Source: an uncultured Gemmatimonadales bacterium
GTDB lineage: Bacteria > Gemmatimonadota > Gemmatimonadetes > Longimicrobiales > RSA9
Assembly (NCBI GenBank): GCA_963798845.1
Contig: CAWCUS010000005.1
Coordinates: 1 to 64,000 of the forward strand
Direction of reading: 5' to 3'
DNA: 64,000 nucleotides
Made by a program: the position numbers and the translations under genes. Below are positions 31,550 through 41,094 of the stretch, piece after piece. The first letter of the stretch is position 1, and each line of letters begins with the position of its first letter. Below the pieces are notes generated by a model. The model was given only the letters and a program-made list of their open reading frames with translations. It made no database searches and was not told the DNA's origin.

Positions 31550-33382
31550 GTGAGCGATACGCTGGACAAGAAGCTGAAGCACCTGCCGACGCGGCCGGGC
31601 GTGTACCTCTTCAAGGACGCGCGCGGTGAGATCATCTACATCGGGAAGGCGAAGTCGCTGCGGTCGCGGGTGCGCGGGCACTTCTCGCACGACGCGGGCT
31701 ACTCGGTGAAGCAGGAGGAGATGGTCCGGCGGATCCGCGACGTGGACACGATGGTGGTGGGCAGCGAGGCGGAGGCGCTCCTGCTGGAGTCGAACCTGAT
31801 CAAGACGCACCAGCCACGCTTCAACATCCGGCTGAAGGACGACAAGCGGTATCCCTACATCAAGGTGACGGTACAGGAGCCGTTCCCTCGCGTGTTCGTG
31901 ACGCGGCGGGTCGAGAACGACGGTTCGAAGTACTTCGGGCCGTACACCGAAGTCTCGGCCATGCGGCAGGCGCTGGAAGTGGTGAAGCGGGCATACACGG
32001 TGCGCAGCTGCCGCTACGACCTCCCGGTGGAGACGCCACAGCGGCCCTGCCTGGACTACCACATTGGCCGCTGCCAGGCGCCGTGCGTCGGCCTCCAGTC
32101 GCAGGAGGACTACCGCGCCATGATCAACGAGATCCTCCAGGTCCTGGGCGGCGATGTGTCGGGGGTGCGGGCGCGGGTGCGGTCGGAGCTCGGCCGGCGG
32201 GTGGAGGCGCTGGACTTCGAGCGCGCGGCAACGCTGCGCGACACGCTCACGGGGCTGGAGTCGATCGAGCGGCGGCAGCGAGCGTTCGACGTGCGGGGGG
32301 GCGACCAGGACGTGCTCGGGGTGGCCCGTGATGGGGACAACGCGAGCGCGGTGCTTCTGCGCATCCGGCAGGGAAAGCTGCTGGGGCGGGAGGTGGACCA
32401 TTTCACGAACGTGGACGAGGAGGATGACGCGGCGCTGGTGGCGGCCGTAGCCATCCGCTTCTACCTGGGGCGAGGCGAGGTGGGCAGGGAGGATCTGCCG
32501 TCGGAAGTGCTGCTCCCGGCGGATTTCGCGGACCGCGAAGCGCTCGAGGAGCTGGTGGACGAGGCGGCGCCACGGCGCGTGCGGCTGCACGTGCCGCAGC
32601 GCGGGGAGAAGAAGCGGCTGGTGGAGCTGGCCGCGCAGAACGCGCGGCACCTGCTGGAGGAGCGCGTGGTGCTGGACGAGGCGGTGCGGGTCCGGGCGGA
32701 TGACGCCCTGTACGAGCTCCAGGAGGCGCTCGAGCTGAAGGTGGTACCGCGCCTCATGGTCTGCTTCGACATCTCGCACACCCAGGGAAGCGAGGTGGTG
32801 GGGAGCGCGGTGGTGTTCGAAAACGGTGACCCCAAGAAGAGCGAATACCGGCACTTCCGGGTGCGCGGCGACTGGGGTAACGACGATTTCCGCTCCATGC
32901 GTGAAGTGGTGAGCCGCTATTTCGCGCGGCGCCTCGAGGAGGAGCTGCCTCTGCCGGAGCTGGCCGTGATCGACGGCGGCAAGGGGCAGCTCTCGTCCGC
33001 GCGCTCGGCGCTGGCGGACGTGGGCGGCGACGACGTCGCCGTGTGCGCGCTGGCGAAGCGGGAGGAGGAGGTCTACCTGCCGGACCGCCGCGACCCCGTG
33101 CACCTGCCGCGCTCGCATCCCGGGCTGCGGCTGCTCCAGCGTATTCGGAACGAAGCGCACCGGTTCGCCATCGGATACAACCGCACGCTGCGCGGGAAGC
33201 GCACGCTCTCCAGCGAGCTGGCGGATATCCCGGGGATCGGACCGAAGCGCCAGCGGCTGCTCCTGAGCCGGTTCGGCAGCGTGCGCGCGCTCAGGCAGGC
33301 GTCGCCGGAGGACGTCGCGGCCGTGCCGGGCTTCTCCGAGAAGGCCGCGCGCCGAATCCTCGAGCACCTGGGCGGCTCGTGA
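31550..33382 (+). CDS. uvrC: Excinuclease ABC subunit C
   Basis: PGVYLF...YIGKAKSLRSRV GIY-YIG domain, CFDISH, IDGGKGQ, IRNEAHRFA, HhH tail. Confidence 0.96.
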   Translation: MSDTLDKKLKHLPTRPGVYLFKDARGEIIYIGKAKSLRSRVRGHFSHDAGYSVKQEEMVRRIRDVDTMVVGSEAEALLLESNLIKTHQPRFNIRLKDDKRYPYIKVTVQEPFPRVFVTRRVENDGSKYFGPYTEVSAMRQALEVVKRAYTVRSCRYDLPVETPQRPCLDYHIGRCQAPCVGLQSQEDYRAMINEILQVLGGDVSGVRARVRSELGRRVEALDFERAATLRDTLTGLESIERRQRAFDVRGGDQDVLGVARDGDNASAVLLRIRQGKLLGREVDHFTNVDEEDDAALVAAVAIRFYLGRGEVGREDLPSEVLLPADFADREALEELVDEAAPRRVRLHVPQRGEKKRLVELAAQNARHLLEERVVLDEAVRVRADDALYELQEALELKVVPRLMVCFDISHTQGSEVVGSAVVFENGDPKKSEYRHFRVRGDWGNDDFRSMREVVSRYFARRLEEELPLPELAVIDGGKGQLSSARSALADVGGDDVAVCALAKREEEVYLPDRRDPVHLPRSHPGLRLLQRIRNEAHRFAIGYNRTLRGKRTLSSELADIPGIGPKRQRLLLSRFGSVRALRQASPEDVAAVPGFSEKAARRILEHLGGS

Positions 33383-34827
33383 GCCGCGTGCGCACCCGCT
33401 TCGCCCCGAGCCCTACGGGAAGCCTGCACGTCGGCAACGCGCGCCTGGCCATCCTGAACTGGGCCGTCGCGCGCCACCACGGCGGGGAGTTCGTGCTCCG
33501 GATCGAGGACACGGACCTGGCCCGCAACCTGGCCGGGGCGGAAGCGGAGCTGATGGAGGACCTCCGGTGGCTCGGCCTCGAGTGGGACGAGGGTCCGGAC
33601 GCCGGCGCGGGCGACGTGGGGCCCCACTCGCCATATCGGCAGAGCCAGCGACTCGACCGCTACGACGCCGCCGCCCGGTCGCTCCTGGAGCGTGGAAGCG
33701 CCTATCGCTGCTTCTGCACCGCTGAAACGCTGGAGGCGGAGCGCGAGCGGGCACGGGCGGAAGGGCGCAGCTTCCGTTATCCGGGCACCTGCCGTTCCCT
33801 CGACCCGGACGACGCCGCCCGACGGGCCCGGGCCGGGCAGCCCCACGTCCTGCGCCTCGCCACCCCCGGGGACGGGGCCGTGGTGGTGGCGGACGCCATC
33901 CACGGCGAGGTCCGCTTCGACGCGGCGGAGATCGGCGATTTCGTCCTGGTCCGCCCGGACGGGATTCCCACCTACAACTTCGCGGTGGTGGTGGACGACG
34001 TGGACATGGAGATCACGCACGTGATCCGGGGCGCCGGACACCTGAGCAACACGCCCCACCAGATCCTGGTCTACCGTGCGCTGGGCGCGCCGCTCCCGGT
34101 GTTCGCCCACGCGCCCACCGTCCTCGGCCCGGATCGCAAGAAGCTGTCGAAGCGCTCGGGCGCGCGCCCGCTCCGCGCGCTGCGCGAGGACGGGTTCCAT
34201 CCAGACGCGGTGGTGAACTACCTGTCGCTCCTGGGCTGGTCGAGCCCGTCCGGTGAGGAGGTGCTGGAGCCGGAGCGGATCGTCCGGGAGATCACGCTGG
34301 ACCGCGTCGGCGCCGCGGACGTCGTGTTCGACCCCGACAAGCTGGCCTGGCTTTCCGCCCGCCACATCGACCGCATGCCGCTCGAGGACCTGGCCAGGGC
34401 CACCCGTCCGTACCTCGTTGGGACCCGATTCGCCTCGCTGCTCGACGCCCGCTTCCCGGACGTCCTCGCGGCCGTGAGGAGCCACCTCTCCACGTTCCAT
34501 GACGTGGTCCGGCACCTCGACCCGTTCCTCGGCCGTGACCCGGAGGAGCCCGCTCCGCTGGACGCCGACGGGCGCCGCCTGGCCGCGGCGCTGCGGCACC
34601 GGCTCGAGACGCTGGAGCCGTGGGGCGACGACGCCATCGACGCTGCCATGCGCCTGGTGGGAAAGGAGGTCGGGGCTCGTGGGCGGTCCCTCTTCATGCC
34701 CGTCCGTCTCGCCCTCACCGGGGCCGAGCACGGTCCACCACTCCCCACGGTCATCCGGCTCCAGGGCAGGGAGCGGGCGCTCCGGCTCCTGGCGGACGCC
34801 GCTGCAGAACGGACCGGGGGCGTTTGA
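33379..34827 (+). CDS. gltX: Glutamate--tRNA ligase
   Basis: RFAPSPTGSLHVGN, LRIEDTD, KLSKR; anticodon domain FMPVRLALTG. Confidence 0.9.
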   Translation: MSRVRTRFAPSPTGSLHVGNARLAILNWAVARHHGGEFVLRIEDTDLARNLAGAEAELMEDLRWLGLEWDEGPDAGAGDVGPHSPYRQSQRLDRYDAAARSLLERGSAYRCFCTAETLEAERERARAEGRSFRYPGTCRSLDPDDAARRARAGQPHVLRLATPGDGAVVVADAIHGEVRFDAAEIGDFVLVRPDGIPTYNFAVVVDDVDMEITHVIRGAGHLSNTPHQILVYRALGAPLPVFAHAPTVLGPDRKKLSKRSGARPLRALREDGFHPDAVVNYLSLLGWSSPSGEEVLEPERIVREITLDRVGAADVVFDPDKLAWLSARHIDRMPLEDLARATRPYLVGTRFASLLDARFPDVLAAVRSHLSTFHDVVRHLDPFLGRDPEEPAPLDADGRRLAAALRHRLETLEPWGDDAIDAAMRLVGKEVGARGRSLFMPVRLALTGAEHGPPLPTVIRLQGRERALRLLADAAAERTGGV

Positions 34828-34853
34828 CCCGTGGGCAAGGAGCCCCGTACATT
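34824..34853 (+). promoter_or_regulatory. Putative sigma70 promoter for larC
   Basis: TTGACC-18 nt-TACATT. Confidence 0.55.
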
Positions 34854-34884
34854 TGGCGCTTATGCCGACTCCGGATCGGGTGCC

Positions 34885-36027
34885 ATGCGCGCGCTGATCT
34901 TCGACCCGTTCGCGGGAATCAGCGGGGACATGGTGTTGGGCGCGCTGGCGGACCTCGGGCTTCCGGTGGAGTCGCTGCAGGGCGTGATCGAGGCCCTCGG
35001 CCTGCCGGGGAGAGCGGTGGTAGAACGGGTGGACCGGTGCGGGCTCGCGTGCGCGCGCGTGCGTTTCGAGCTGCCCGAGGAGGACTCGGCGCGCCACCTC
35101 GGCGACATTCTCGAGATGGTCGAGCGCAGCGAGCTGGCCCCGTGCGTGAAAGAGAAAGCCGCCGCCGTATTCCGGCGGCTCGCAGAGGCGGAGGCGGCGG
35201 TCCACGGGGTGGACCTCGAGCGCGTTCACTTCCACGAAGTCGGGGCGCTGGACTCGATCCTCGACGTCGTGTGCGCAGCGGCCGGACTGCACGAGCTCGG
35301 CGTCGAGCGCGTGTTCGTCCGTCCGGTCGCCGTCGGCTCGGGGATGCTGGAGATGGCGCACGGCACGTATCCGCTCCCGGCGCCGGCGACGGCACGGCTG
35401 CTCGAAGGACTCTCGGTGCGCGAGACGGGGTGGCCGGAAGAGTGCACGACGCCCACGGGCGCCGCCCTCATGGCCGCGCTGGCCGAGGGACCACCCCCGG
35501 CGGAGATGGTGTACGGGCGCTCCGGGTTCGGCGCGGGCGAGCGCGATCCCGCGGGACGACCGAACTGCCTGAGGGTGATCGAGAGCACGGTGCCGGAACG
35601 GGCGCCCGCGGTGCACCTGGTCCAGGCGGACCTGGATGACCTGTCCGCGGAGTACGTGGCCGGGGCGAGGGAGCCGCTCATGTCAGCGGGCGCGCTCGAC
35701 GTCGTGCTCGTTGCGGTCGTCATGAAGAAGGGGCGCCCGGGCGTTCGGCTGGAGGCGCTCGTTCCCGAGCCGGCGCTGGGCGCCGTGATCGAAGCGGTGT
35801 TCCGGGAGACGCGGACCATCGGCGTGCGCCACTGGCCGGTGGAACGGGCCGTGCTGGCTCGGCAGGAGGAGGTGGTGGAGTGGCGGGGGCAGCGGGTCCG
35901 TCGCAAGCGGGTCCGGCTTCCCGATGGCACAACCCGCGCGAAGCCGGACTACGACGACGTGGTGGCGGCGGCGCGGGCGCTTGGGCTGGCGCCACACGAG
36001 GTGCGTGAGAGACTGGACGATGTATAG
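34885..36027 (+). CDS. larC: Nickel-pincer cofactor biosynthesis protein LarC
   Basis: DPFAGISGDMVLGAL, HFHEVGALDSILDV, TPTGAA, MKKGRPG, TIGVR. Confidence 0.9.
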   Translation: MRALIFDPFAGISGDMVLGALADLGLPVESLQGVIEALGLPGRAVVERVDRCGLACARVRFELPEEDSARHLGDILEMVERSELAPCVKEKAAAVFRRLAEAEAAVHGVDLERVHFHEVGALDSILDVVCAAAGLHELGVERVFVRPVAVGSGMLEMAHGTYPLPAPATARLLEGLSVRETGWPEECTTPTGAALMAALAEGPPPAEMVYGRSGFGAGERDPAGRPNCLRVIESTVPERAPAVHLVQADLDDLSAEYVAGAREPLMSAGALDVVLVAVVMKKGRPGVRLEALVPEPALGAVIEAVFRETRTIGVRHWPVERAVLARQEEVVEWRGQRVRRKRVRLPDGTTRAKPDYDDVVAAARALGLAPHEVRERLDDV

Positions 36028-36081
36028 GCAGAAACCGATCCGGCAGGAGAGAACAAGCTCATGATCAAGGGAGGAATCCGG

Positions 36082-37575
36082 ATGAACCGGCGCAGCGGGC
36101 TCATCCTGGCACTCGCCGTCACGTTCCTGGGTGGCTGTGCGACCGGCACGGGGGGCGCGGCAACGAGCGGCGAGGACGGGGGCAACCGGCCGCGTGACAA
36201 CGAGAATACGCGCGCAGCGAGCGTGCACCTCGTGCAGGCGGCCACGGCGGAGGGAGAGCAGGCGAAGACGCACTTCCAGGAGGCGCTGGACGAGGCGCTC
36301 CAGGCGATCAGCGCCGATTCAACGAATCCGAAAGCGTATCTCCTGGCCGGGCAGGCGGCCGTGGGTGTGGAGCACTGGGCGCAGGCGGACAGCATGTTCT
36401 CGCGGGCGCTGGAGCTGCATCCCGCGTACGCGGACCAGATCGCGTCCGAGCGGGAGCAGGGCTGGGTGAACGCGTACAACCAGGGCGCGGCGGCGCTGAA
36501 CGCGGGTGACACGCAGAAGGCGCTGTCGTATTTCCAGGGCGCGGACCTGATGTACGCGGAGCGGCCGGAGGCCAGGGTCGCGATCGGGTCGATTTACGCG
36601 CGCACCGGCGAGCCGCAGAAGGCGCTGGAGGCATACAGCGGCGCGCTGGAGATCCTGAACGGGCCGATCCCGGAAGGGATGGGAGAGGAACAGGCGGCGA
36701 ACTGGCGCGAGGACCGCAAGGGCGTGGCCCTGAGCGCGGCGCAGCTGGCGGCCCAGACGGGCGATTACGAGCAGGCGGCGGACATCCTGGGCAAGATGCT
36801 GACCGAGGCGGACTCCCTGGACGAGAGCACGAAGCTGAGCGCACTGACGGCCCGGGCCGGGTACCTGGCGCAGGCGGGTCAGCCGGACTCGGCCGAAGCG
36901 ATCTACGACCAGGTCCTCGAACGCTCGGACCTGAGCAGCCAGGACTATTTCCAGATCGGGATCGGCTTCTTCAACACGGGAGACTACGACCGCGCGGCCG
37001 ACGCGTTCGACAAGGCTGCCGAGCTGAACCCGTACTCCCGGGATGCGCTGCTGAACCTGGTGCAATCGCTCTACTCGCAGGCGATGGACCTGGAGAAGGC
37101 GGAAGCGTCGCCGGATCGGAACCAGCAGCTGAACGCGATCTACGACCGCATCCTCGCGGCCGCGCAGCAGGTCCGCGACTTCGATCCACTGAACCGGAAC
37201 CTGCTGAGCTTCATGCTGCGGGCGTATCGGGGAAAGGCGGAGCTGGCCAGTGGCGCCGAGGCGAAGCAGCTGACGCAGAAGACGCAGGAGCTCTACCGGA
37301 CCTACCAGGGGCAGAAGTACGAGATCACGAACATCGCGCTCGCGCTCCAGGCCAACAACCAGGCCACGGTGACGGGGGACTTCGCCAACCTGTCCGGCGA
37401 CCCGGGGCAGCAGGTGCAGATCCAGTTCCAGGTTCTGAGCCGCGACGGCCAGGTCCTCGACACCAGCACCGCGACGGTCACCGTGCCGGAGCAGAACGAG
37501 TCTGTGGGCTTCAAGACGAGTGTGGACCTTCCGAGCGGCGAGTTCGGGGGGTGGAAGTACCAGGTGACCGGCTGA
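36082..37575 (+). CDS. TPR-repeat lipoprotein with a C-terminal beta-sandwich
   Basis: GGAGG RBS; lipobox FLGGC; helical TPR-like repeats; beta-rich C-terminus. Confidence 0.8.
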   Translation: MNRRSGLILALAVTFLGGCATGTGGAATSGEDGGNRPRDNENTRAASVHLVQAATAEGEQAKTHFQEALDEALQAISADSTNPKAYLLAGQAAVGVEHWAQADSMFSRALELHPAYADQIASEREQGWVNAYNQGAAALNAGDTQKALSYFQGADLMYAERPEARVAIGSIYARTGEPQKALEAYSGALEILNGPIPEGMGEEQAANWREDRKGVALSAAQLAAQTGDYEQAADILGKMLTEADSLDESTKLSALTARAGYLAQAGQPDSAEAIYDQVLERSDLSSQDYFQIGIGFFNTGDYDRAADAFDKAAELNPYSRDALLNLVQSLYSQAMDLEKAEASPDRNQQLNAIYDRILAAAQQVRDFDPLNRNLLSFMLRAYRGKAELASGAEAKQLTQKTQELYRTYQGQKYEITNIALALQANNQATVTGDFANLSGDPGQQVQIQFQVLSRDGQVLDTSTATVTVPEQNESVGFKTSVDLPSGEFGGWKYQVTG

Positions 37576-37596
37576 TCACGGCGGCCATCCGATTTC

Positions 37597-37634
37597 GAGG
37601 AGGCGCCGGGCGCGAGTGGGTCCGGCGCCTCCTC
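37597..37634. terminator. GC-rich stem-loop after the TPR gene (possible terminator or mRNA stabiliser)
   Basis: Perfect 13-bp inverted repeat GAGGAGGCGCCGG / CCGGCGCCTCCTC; no clear U-tract. Confidence 0.5.
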
Positions 37635-37728
37635 TGCATCCGACGTCGGGACCGACGGGTCGGCGTACGCTTCTTGCACCGACCGCTCCCGATCTGAACG
37701 CGTTTTCGGAACCGGAGCGACGCGAGCC

Positions 37729-38337
37729 ATGAACGAATGCCCGGAGTGCGGGGCGCTTGTGCACGAGAGCCACGCCATCTGCCCCGCGTGCGGCCACGAC
37801 CTGCGAGAGGAGACGCGACGCTGCGCGCACTGTGGCGAGACCATTGCCGCCGGCGCGAAGGTATGCCCCGTGTGCGGTCACCTCTCGTCACCCGCCCGCT
37901 GCGCCCGTCATCCGGACCGGCAAGCGCCCGGGCAGTGCGCCCTGTGCGGAACCCCCGTGTGCGAGGAGTGCGATGCCGGAACCCGGCAGTACCACCGCTG
38001 CCCCGACCACGCAAACGTCGCGATCATAGAGGGGTGGGCGCAGGTCCACGCGATCCCCGACGAGGTGGAGGCCGGGCTGATCGAGGACAACCTCCGGGCG
38101 GAGGGGATCGACTCGCGGATCCTGTCGCAGAAGGACCACTCGGCATTCCCGGTTGAGTTCGGCGACCTCGCCCGTGTGCGAATCCTGGTGCCCACGTATG
38201 CGTTCGCGGAGGCGGAGCGGATCATCGCCGCGCACACCGACACCGCGGGGGAGGTCACCTTCGGCTGCCCCAACTGCGGCGAGCCCTACGACGAGGGGCA
38301 GACGGTGTGCGAAGCGTGCGGCGAGGCGCTCGTCTGA
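37729..38337 (+). CDS. Multi-zinc-ribbon / B-box-like protein with a DUF2007-like domain
   Basis: CPEC..CPAC, CAHC..CPVC, CARH..CALC..CEEC..CPDH, EAGLIEDNLRAEGI, CPNC..CEAC. Confidence 0.75.
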   Translation: MNECPECGALVHESHAICPACGHDLREETRRCAHCGETIAAGAKVCPVCGHLSSPARCARHPDRQAPGQCALCGTPVCEECDAGTRQYHRCPDHANVAIIEGWAQVHAIPDEVEAGLIEDNLRAEGIDSRILSQKDHSAFPVEFGDLARVRILVPTYAFAEAERIIAAHTDTAGEVTFGCPNCGEPYDEGQTVCEACGEALV

Positions 38338-38390
38338 ACACCGCGGAGGGGCAGGGGTACTGATCGCCGCCGACCACACGAAGCGGCCGG

Positions 38391-38419
38391 TTGAGAGCGC
38401 TCCGGTCGACGCCTATCTT
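38391..38419 (+). promoter_or_regulatory. Putative sigma70 promoter for the DUF512-der-plsY-gpsA operon
   Basis: TTGAGA-17 nt-TATCTT. Confidence 0.55.
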
Positions 38420-38488
38420 GGGTCCAGCACGGCGCGCGAAGGAGCACGGGGGCGGTCCGCGGGCCGCCCTTCGTCGTGAAAGGTAGCC

Positions 38489-39772
38489 ATGATCCGGATC
38501 GCCGAAATCCTGCCCGACAGCATCGCCGACGAGCTCCGGCTCCGCATCGGCAGCCGCGTCGTGCGGATCAACGGCGAGGCGGTCCGTGACACGATCGACT
38601 TCCGCTTCATGGAGGCGGAGGTGCGTCTGGAGCTGGAGGTCCACGAGCCCGGGAGCGGCGTGGACGACGTCGTCGTCTACGACATCGAGAAGGACGCAGC
38701 GGAAGGGCTGGGCATCGTCCCGGCGCCCGACACGGTGCGCGAGTGCGCCAACAAGTGCGTTTTCTGCTTCATCGACGGGAACCCGCCGGCGGCGAGGCGG
38801 GCGCTATACTTGAAAGACGACGACTTCCGCCTGTCCTTCACCTACGGCAGCTACGTGACGCTCACCAACCTCGGGCCGCGCGGGTTCGAGCGTCTCGTGG
38901 AGCAGCGCCTTTCACCGCTCTACGTTTCGGTCCACGCGACGGAGCCCGAGATCCGGATGCGCCTCCTGGGCGTGCCGCGAGGCGGCGACATCGTGGACCG
39001 GCTGCAGCAGCTCACGGACGCGGGTATCGAAGTTCACACCCAGGTCGTGCTCTGCCCGGGGTGGAACGATGGCGCCCACCTGGACCGGACCATCGACGAC
39101 CTGTGGGCCCTCGGAGCGCGCGTCCTGTCGCTGTCCGTTGTGCCGGTGGGGCTGACGCGGTATAACCTGGAGCGCCCCGTCCGGCTCCTCACGCGCGGCG
39201 AGGCGGCGGATGCGATCGCCCAGGTCGAGCGCGGCCGGGAGCGGGCGCTGCGAGCGCGCGGCACCGGGTGGGCGTACGCGGCCGACGAGATGTTCCTGCT
39301 GGCCGGTCGGGAGGTTCCGGGCGACCGCTACTATGACGACTGGCCGCTCACGGAGAACGGGGTGGGTGCCGTGCGGGCGTTCCTCGACGACGTGGCGCAG
39401 CTGCTGCGCTCACCGCCGCGACTGACGGGCCGGAACATCGCCGTGGTGACCGGCGCGAGGATGGCCGAGGTCATGACGCCCCTCGTCGCCCGGGTGGCCA
39501 ACGCCACGGGCGCCCGGCTCACGCTCGTCCCCGTGGAGAACCACCACTTCGGGCGGACCGTCACGACGGCCGGGCTCCTGGCCGGTGCGGACATCCTCGC
39601 CAGCATGCGTGCGGCGCCGGACGTCGGGGCCGACACCGTCCTCATCCCGGCGGAAGCGTTGAACGACGATCGGCTCTTCATCGACAGCATGCCCCTGGCC
39701 GGGCTGAGCGCCGCGCTCTCCGGCGACGTGGTCCCGGCCTACCTCCTGGGCAGCGCGCTGAGGGACCTGTGA
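38489..39772 (+). CDS. PDZ plus radical-SAM-like DUF512 protein (TIGR03279 type)
   Basis: N-terminal PDZ-like segment, CANKCVFC (CxxxCxxC), KDDDFRLSF, SVVPVGLT, ENGVG. Confidence 0.85.
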   Translation: MIRIAEILPDSIADELRLRIGSRVVRINGEAVRDTIDFRFMEAEVRLELEVHEPGSGVDDVVVYDIEKDAAEGLGIVPAPDTVRECANKCVFCFIDGNPPAARRALYLKDDDFRLSFTYGSYVTLTNLGPRGFERLVEQRLSPLYVSVHATEPEIRMRLLGVPRGGDIVDRLQQLTDAGIEVHTQVVLCPGWNDGAHLDRTIDDLWALGARVLSLSVVPVGLTRYNLERPVRLLTRGEAADAIAQVERGRERALRARGTGWAYAADEMFLLAGREVPGDRYYDDWPLTENGVGAVRAFLDDVAQLLRSPPRLTGRNIAVVTGARMAEVMTPLVARVANATGARLTLVPVENHHFGRTVTTAGLLAGADILASMRAAPDVGADTVLIPAEALNDDRLFIDSMPLAGLSAALSGDVVPAYLLGSALRDL

Positions 39773-41094
39773 GTCGCGCCCTCCCATCCGTCGCCGTGGT
39801 CGGCCGTCCCAACGTGGGCAAGTCCACGCTGTTCAACCGCGTCGTGGGGCGGCGTCAGGCCATCGTGGACGATACCCCCGGCGTGACGCGGGATCGGAAC
39901 TTCGCACGCGCGGAATGGGTTGGCCGGGAGTTCTACATCGTGGACACCGGCGGGCTGGAAGTCGACGTGGACGAGCCGCTGGCGATCGCGATCCGGCGCC
40001 AGGTGGAGGCCGCGCTCGAGGAGGCCCAGGTGATCGCGTTCGTCGTGGACGCCAAGGCGGGCGTGCAGCCGCTGGACCGGAAGATCGCCGACCTGCTCCG
40101 GCGCACGGAGGTCCCCGTGGTCCTGGTGGTGAACAAGGCCGACTCGCTCCCCGAGGACCTGTCGCACCTGGAGTTCTGGGAGCTGGGGATCGGCGAGCCG
40201 CATCCGGTGAGCGCGCTTTCGGGGAAGGGGTCCGGCGACGTACTGGACGTGCTGGTCGGGCACTTCCCCGAGGGAGAGCAGACCCCCGAAGACGTCCTCT
40301 CGGTCGCGGTCATCGGCAAGCCGAACGTGGGGAAGTCGAGCTTCATCAACCGGCTCCTCGGCGAGGAGCGGCTGGTGGTGAGCGAGGTCGCCGGTACCAC
40401 CCGCGACAGCATCGACACGCCCATGCGGTATCACGGCCGAACGCTGATGTTCGTGGACACCGCCGGGCTCCGCCGCCAGGCCAGGATCCACGAAAGCCTG
40501 GAGTACTACAGCGCGCTCCGTACCGAGCAGGCGGTCGAGCGTGCCGACATCTGCCTCCTCCTCCTGGACGGAACCGAGCCGGCTCACGTCCAGGACCTCA
40601 AGATCGCGGAGAAGGCCTGGGAAGCCGGCTGCGGACTGGTGCTCGTCGTCAACAAATGGGACCTGGTGGAGAAGGACACCCGCACCGCTGCCGCGTTCGA
40701 GAAACAGCTGCAGGAGCGTGCACCGTCCCTGCGGTGGGTGCCCATGGTGTTCACCTCCGCGCTCACCGGCCAGAGAGTGCAGCGCACCCTCGATCTCATC
40801 CTGCAGGTCGCCGACGAGCGGGCCCGCCGGGTCTCCACCTCGGAAGTCAACGACGCCGTGCGCGAACTGGCGGCCCGGCAGCCGCCGGGTCATTTTCGAG
40901 GCCAGGCCATCAAGCTGCTCTACGCCACCCAGGGCGGCGTGAATCCGCCGACGTTCGTGGTCTTCGTGAACAACCGCAACGGCGTGACGGACAATTACCA
41001 GCGGTACCTGTACAACGGCTTCCGGAATCGGTGGGGGTTCCTGGGCTCACCGCTGCGCATCAAGCTGCGCAGCCGCCGTGAGGCGGAACGGTGA
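39769..41094 (+). CDS. der: Ribosome biogenesis GTPase Der
   Basis: Two G domains (GRPNVGKS/DTGG/NKAD and GKPNVGKS/DTAG/NKWD) plus a KH-like tail. Confidence 0.96.
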   Translation: MSRALPSVAVVGRPNVGKSTLFNRVVGRRQAIVDDTPGVTRDRNFARAEWVGREFYIVDTGGLEVDVDEPLAIAIRRQVEAALEEAQVIAFVVDAKAGVQPLDRKIADLLRRTEVPVVLVVNKADSLPEDLSHLEFWELGIGEPHPVSALSGKGSGDVLDVLVGHFPEGEQTPEDVLSVAVIGKPNVGKSSFINRLLGEERLVVSEVAGTTRDSIDTPMRYHGRTLMFVDTAGLRRQARIHESLEYYSALRTEQAVERADICLLLLDGTEPAHVQDLKIAEKAWEAGCGLVLVVNKWDLVEKDTRTAAAFEKQLQERAPSLRWVPMVFTSALTGQRVQRTLDLILQVADERARRVSTSEVNDAVRELAARQPPGHFRGQAIKLLYATQGGVNPPTFVVFVNNRNGVTDNYQRYLYNGFRNRWGFLGSPLRIKLRSRREAER

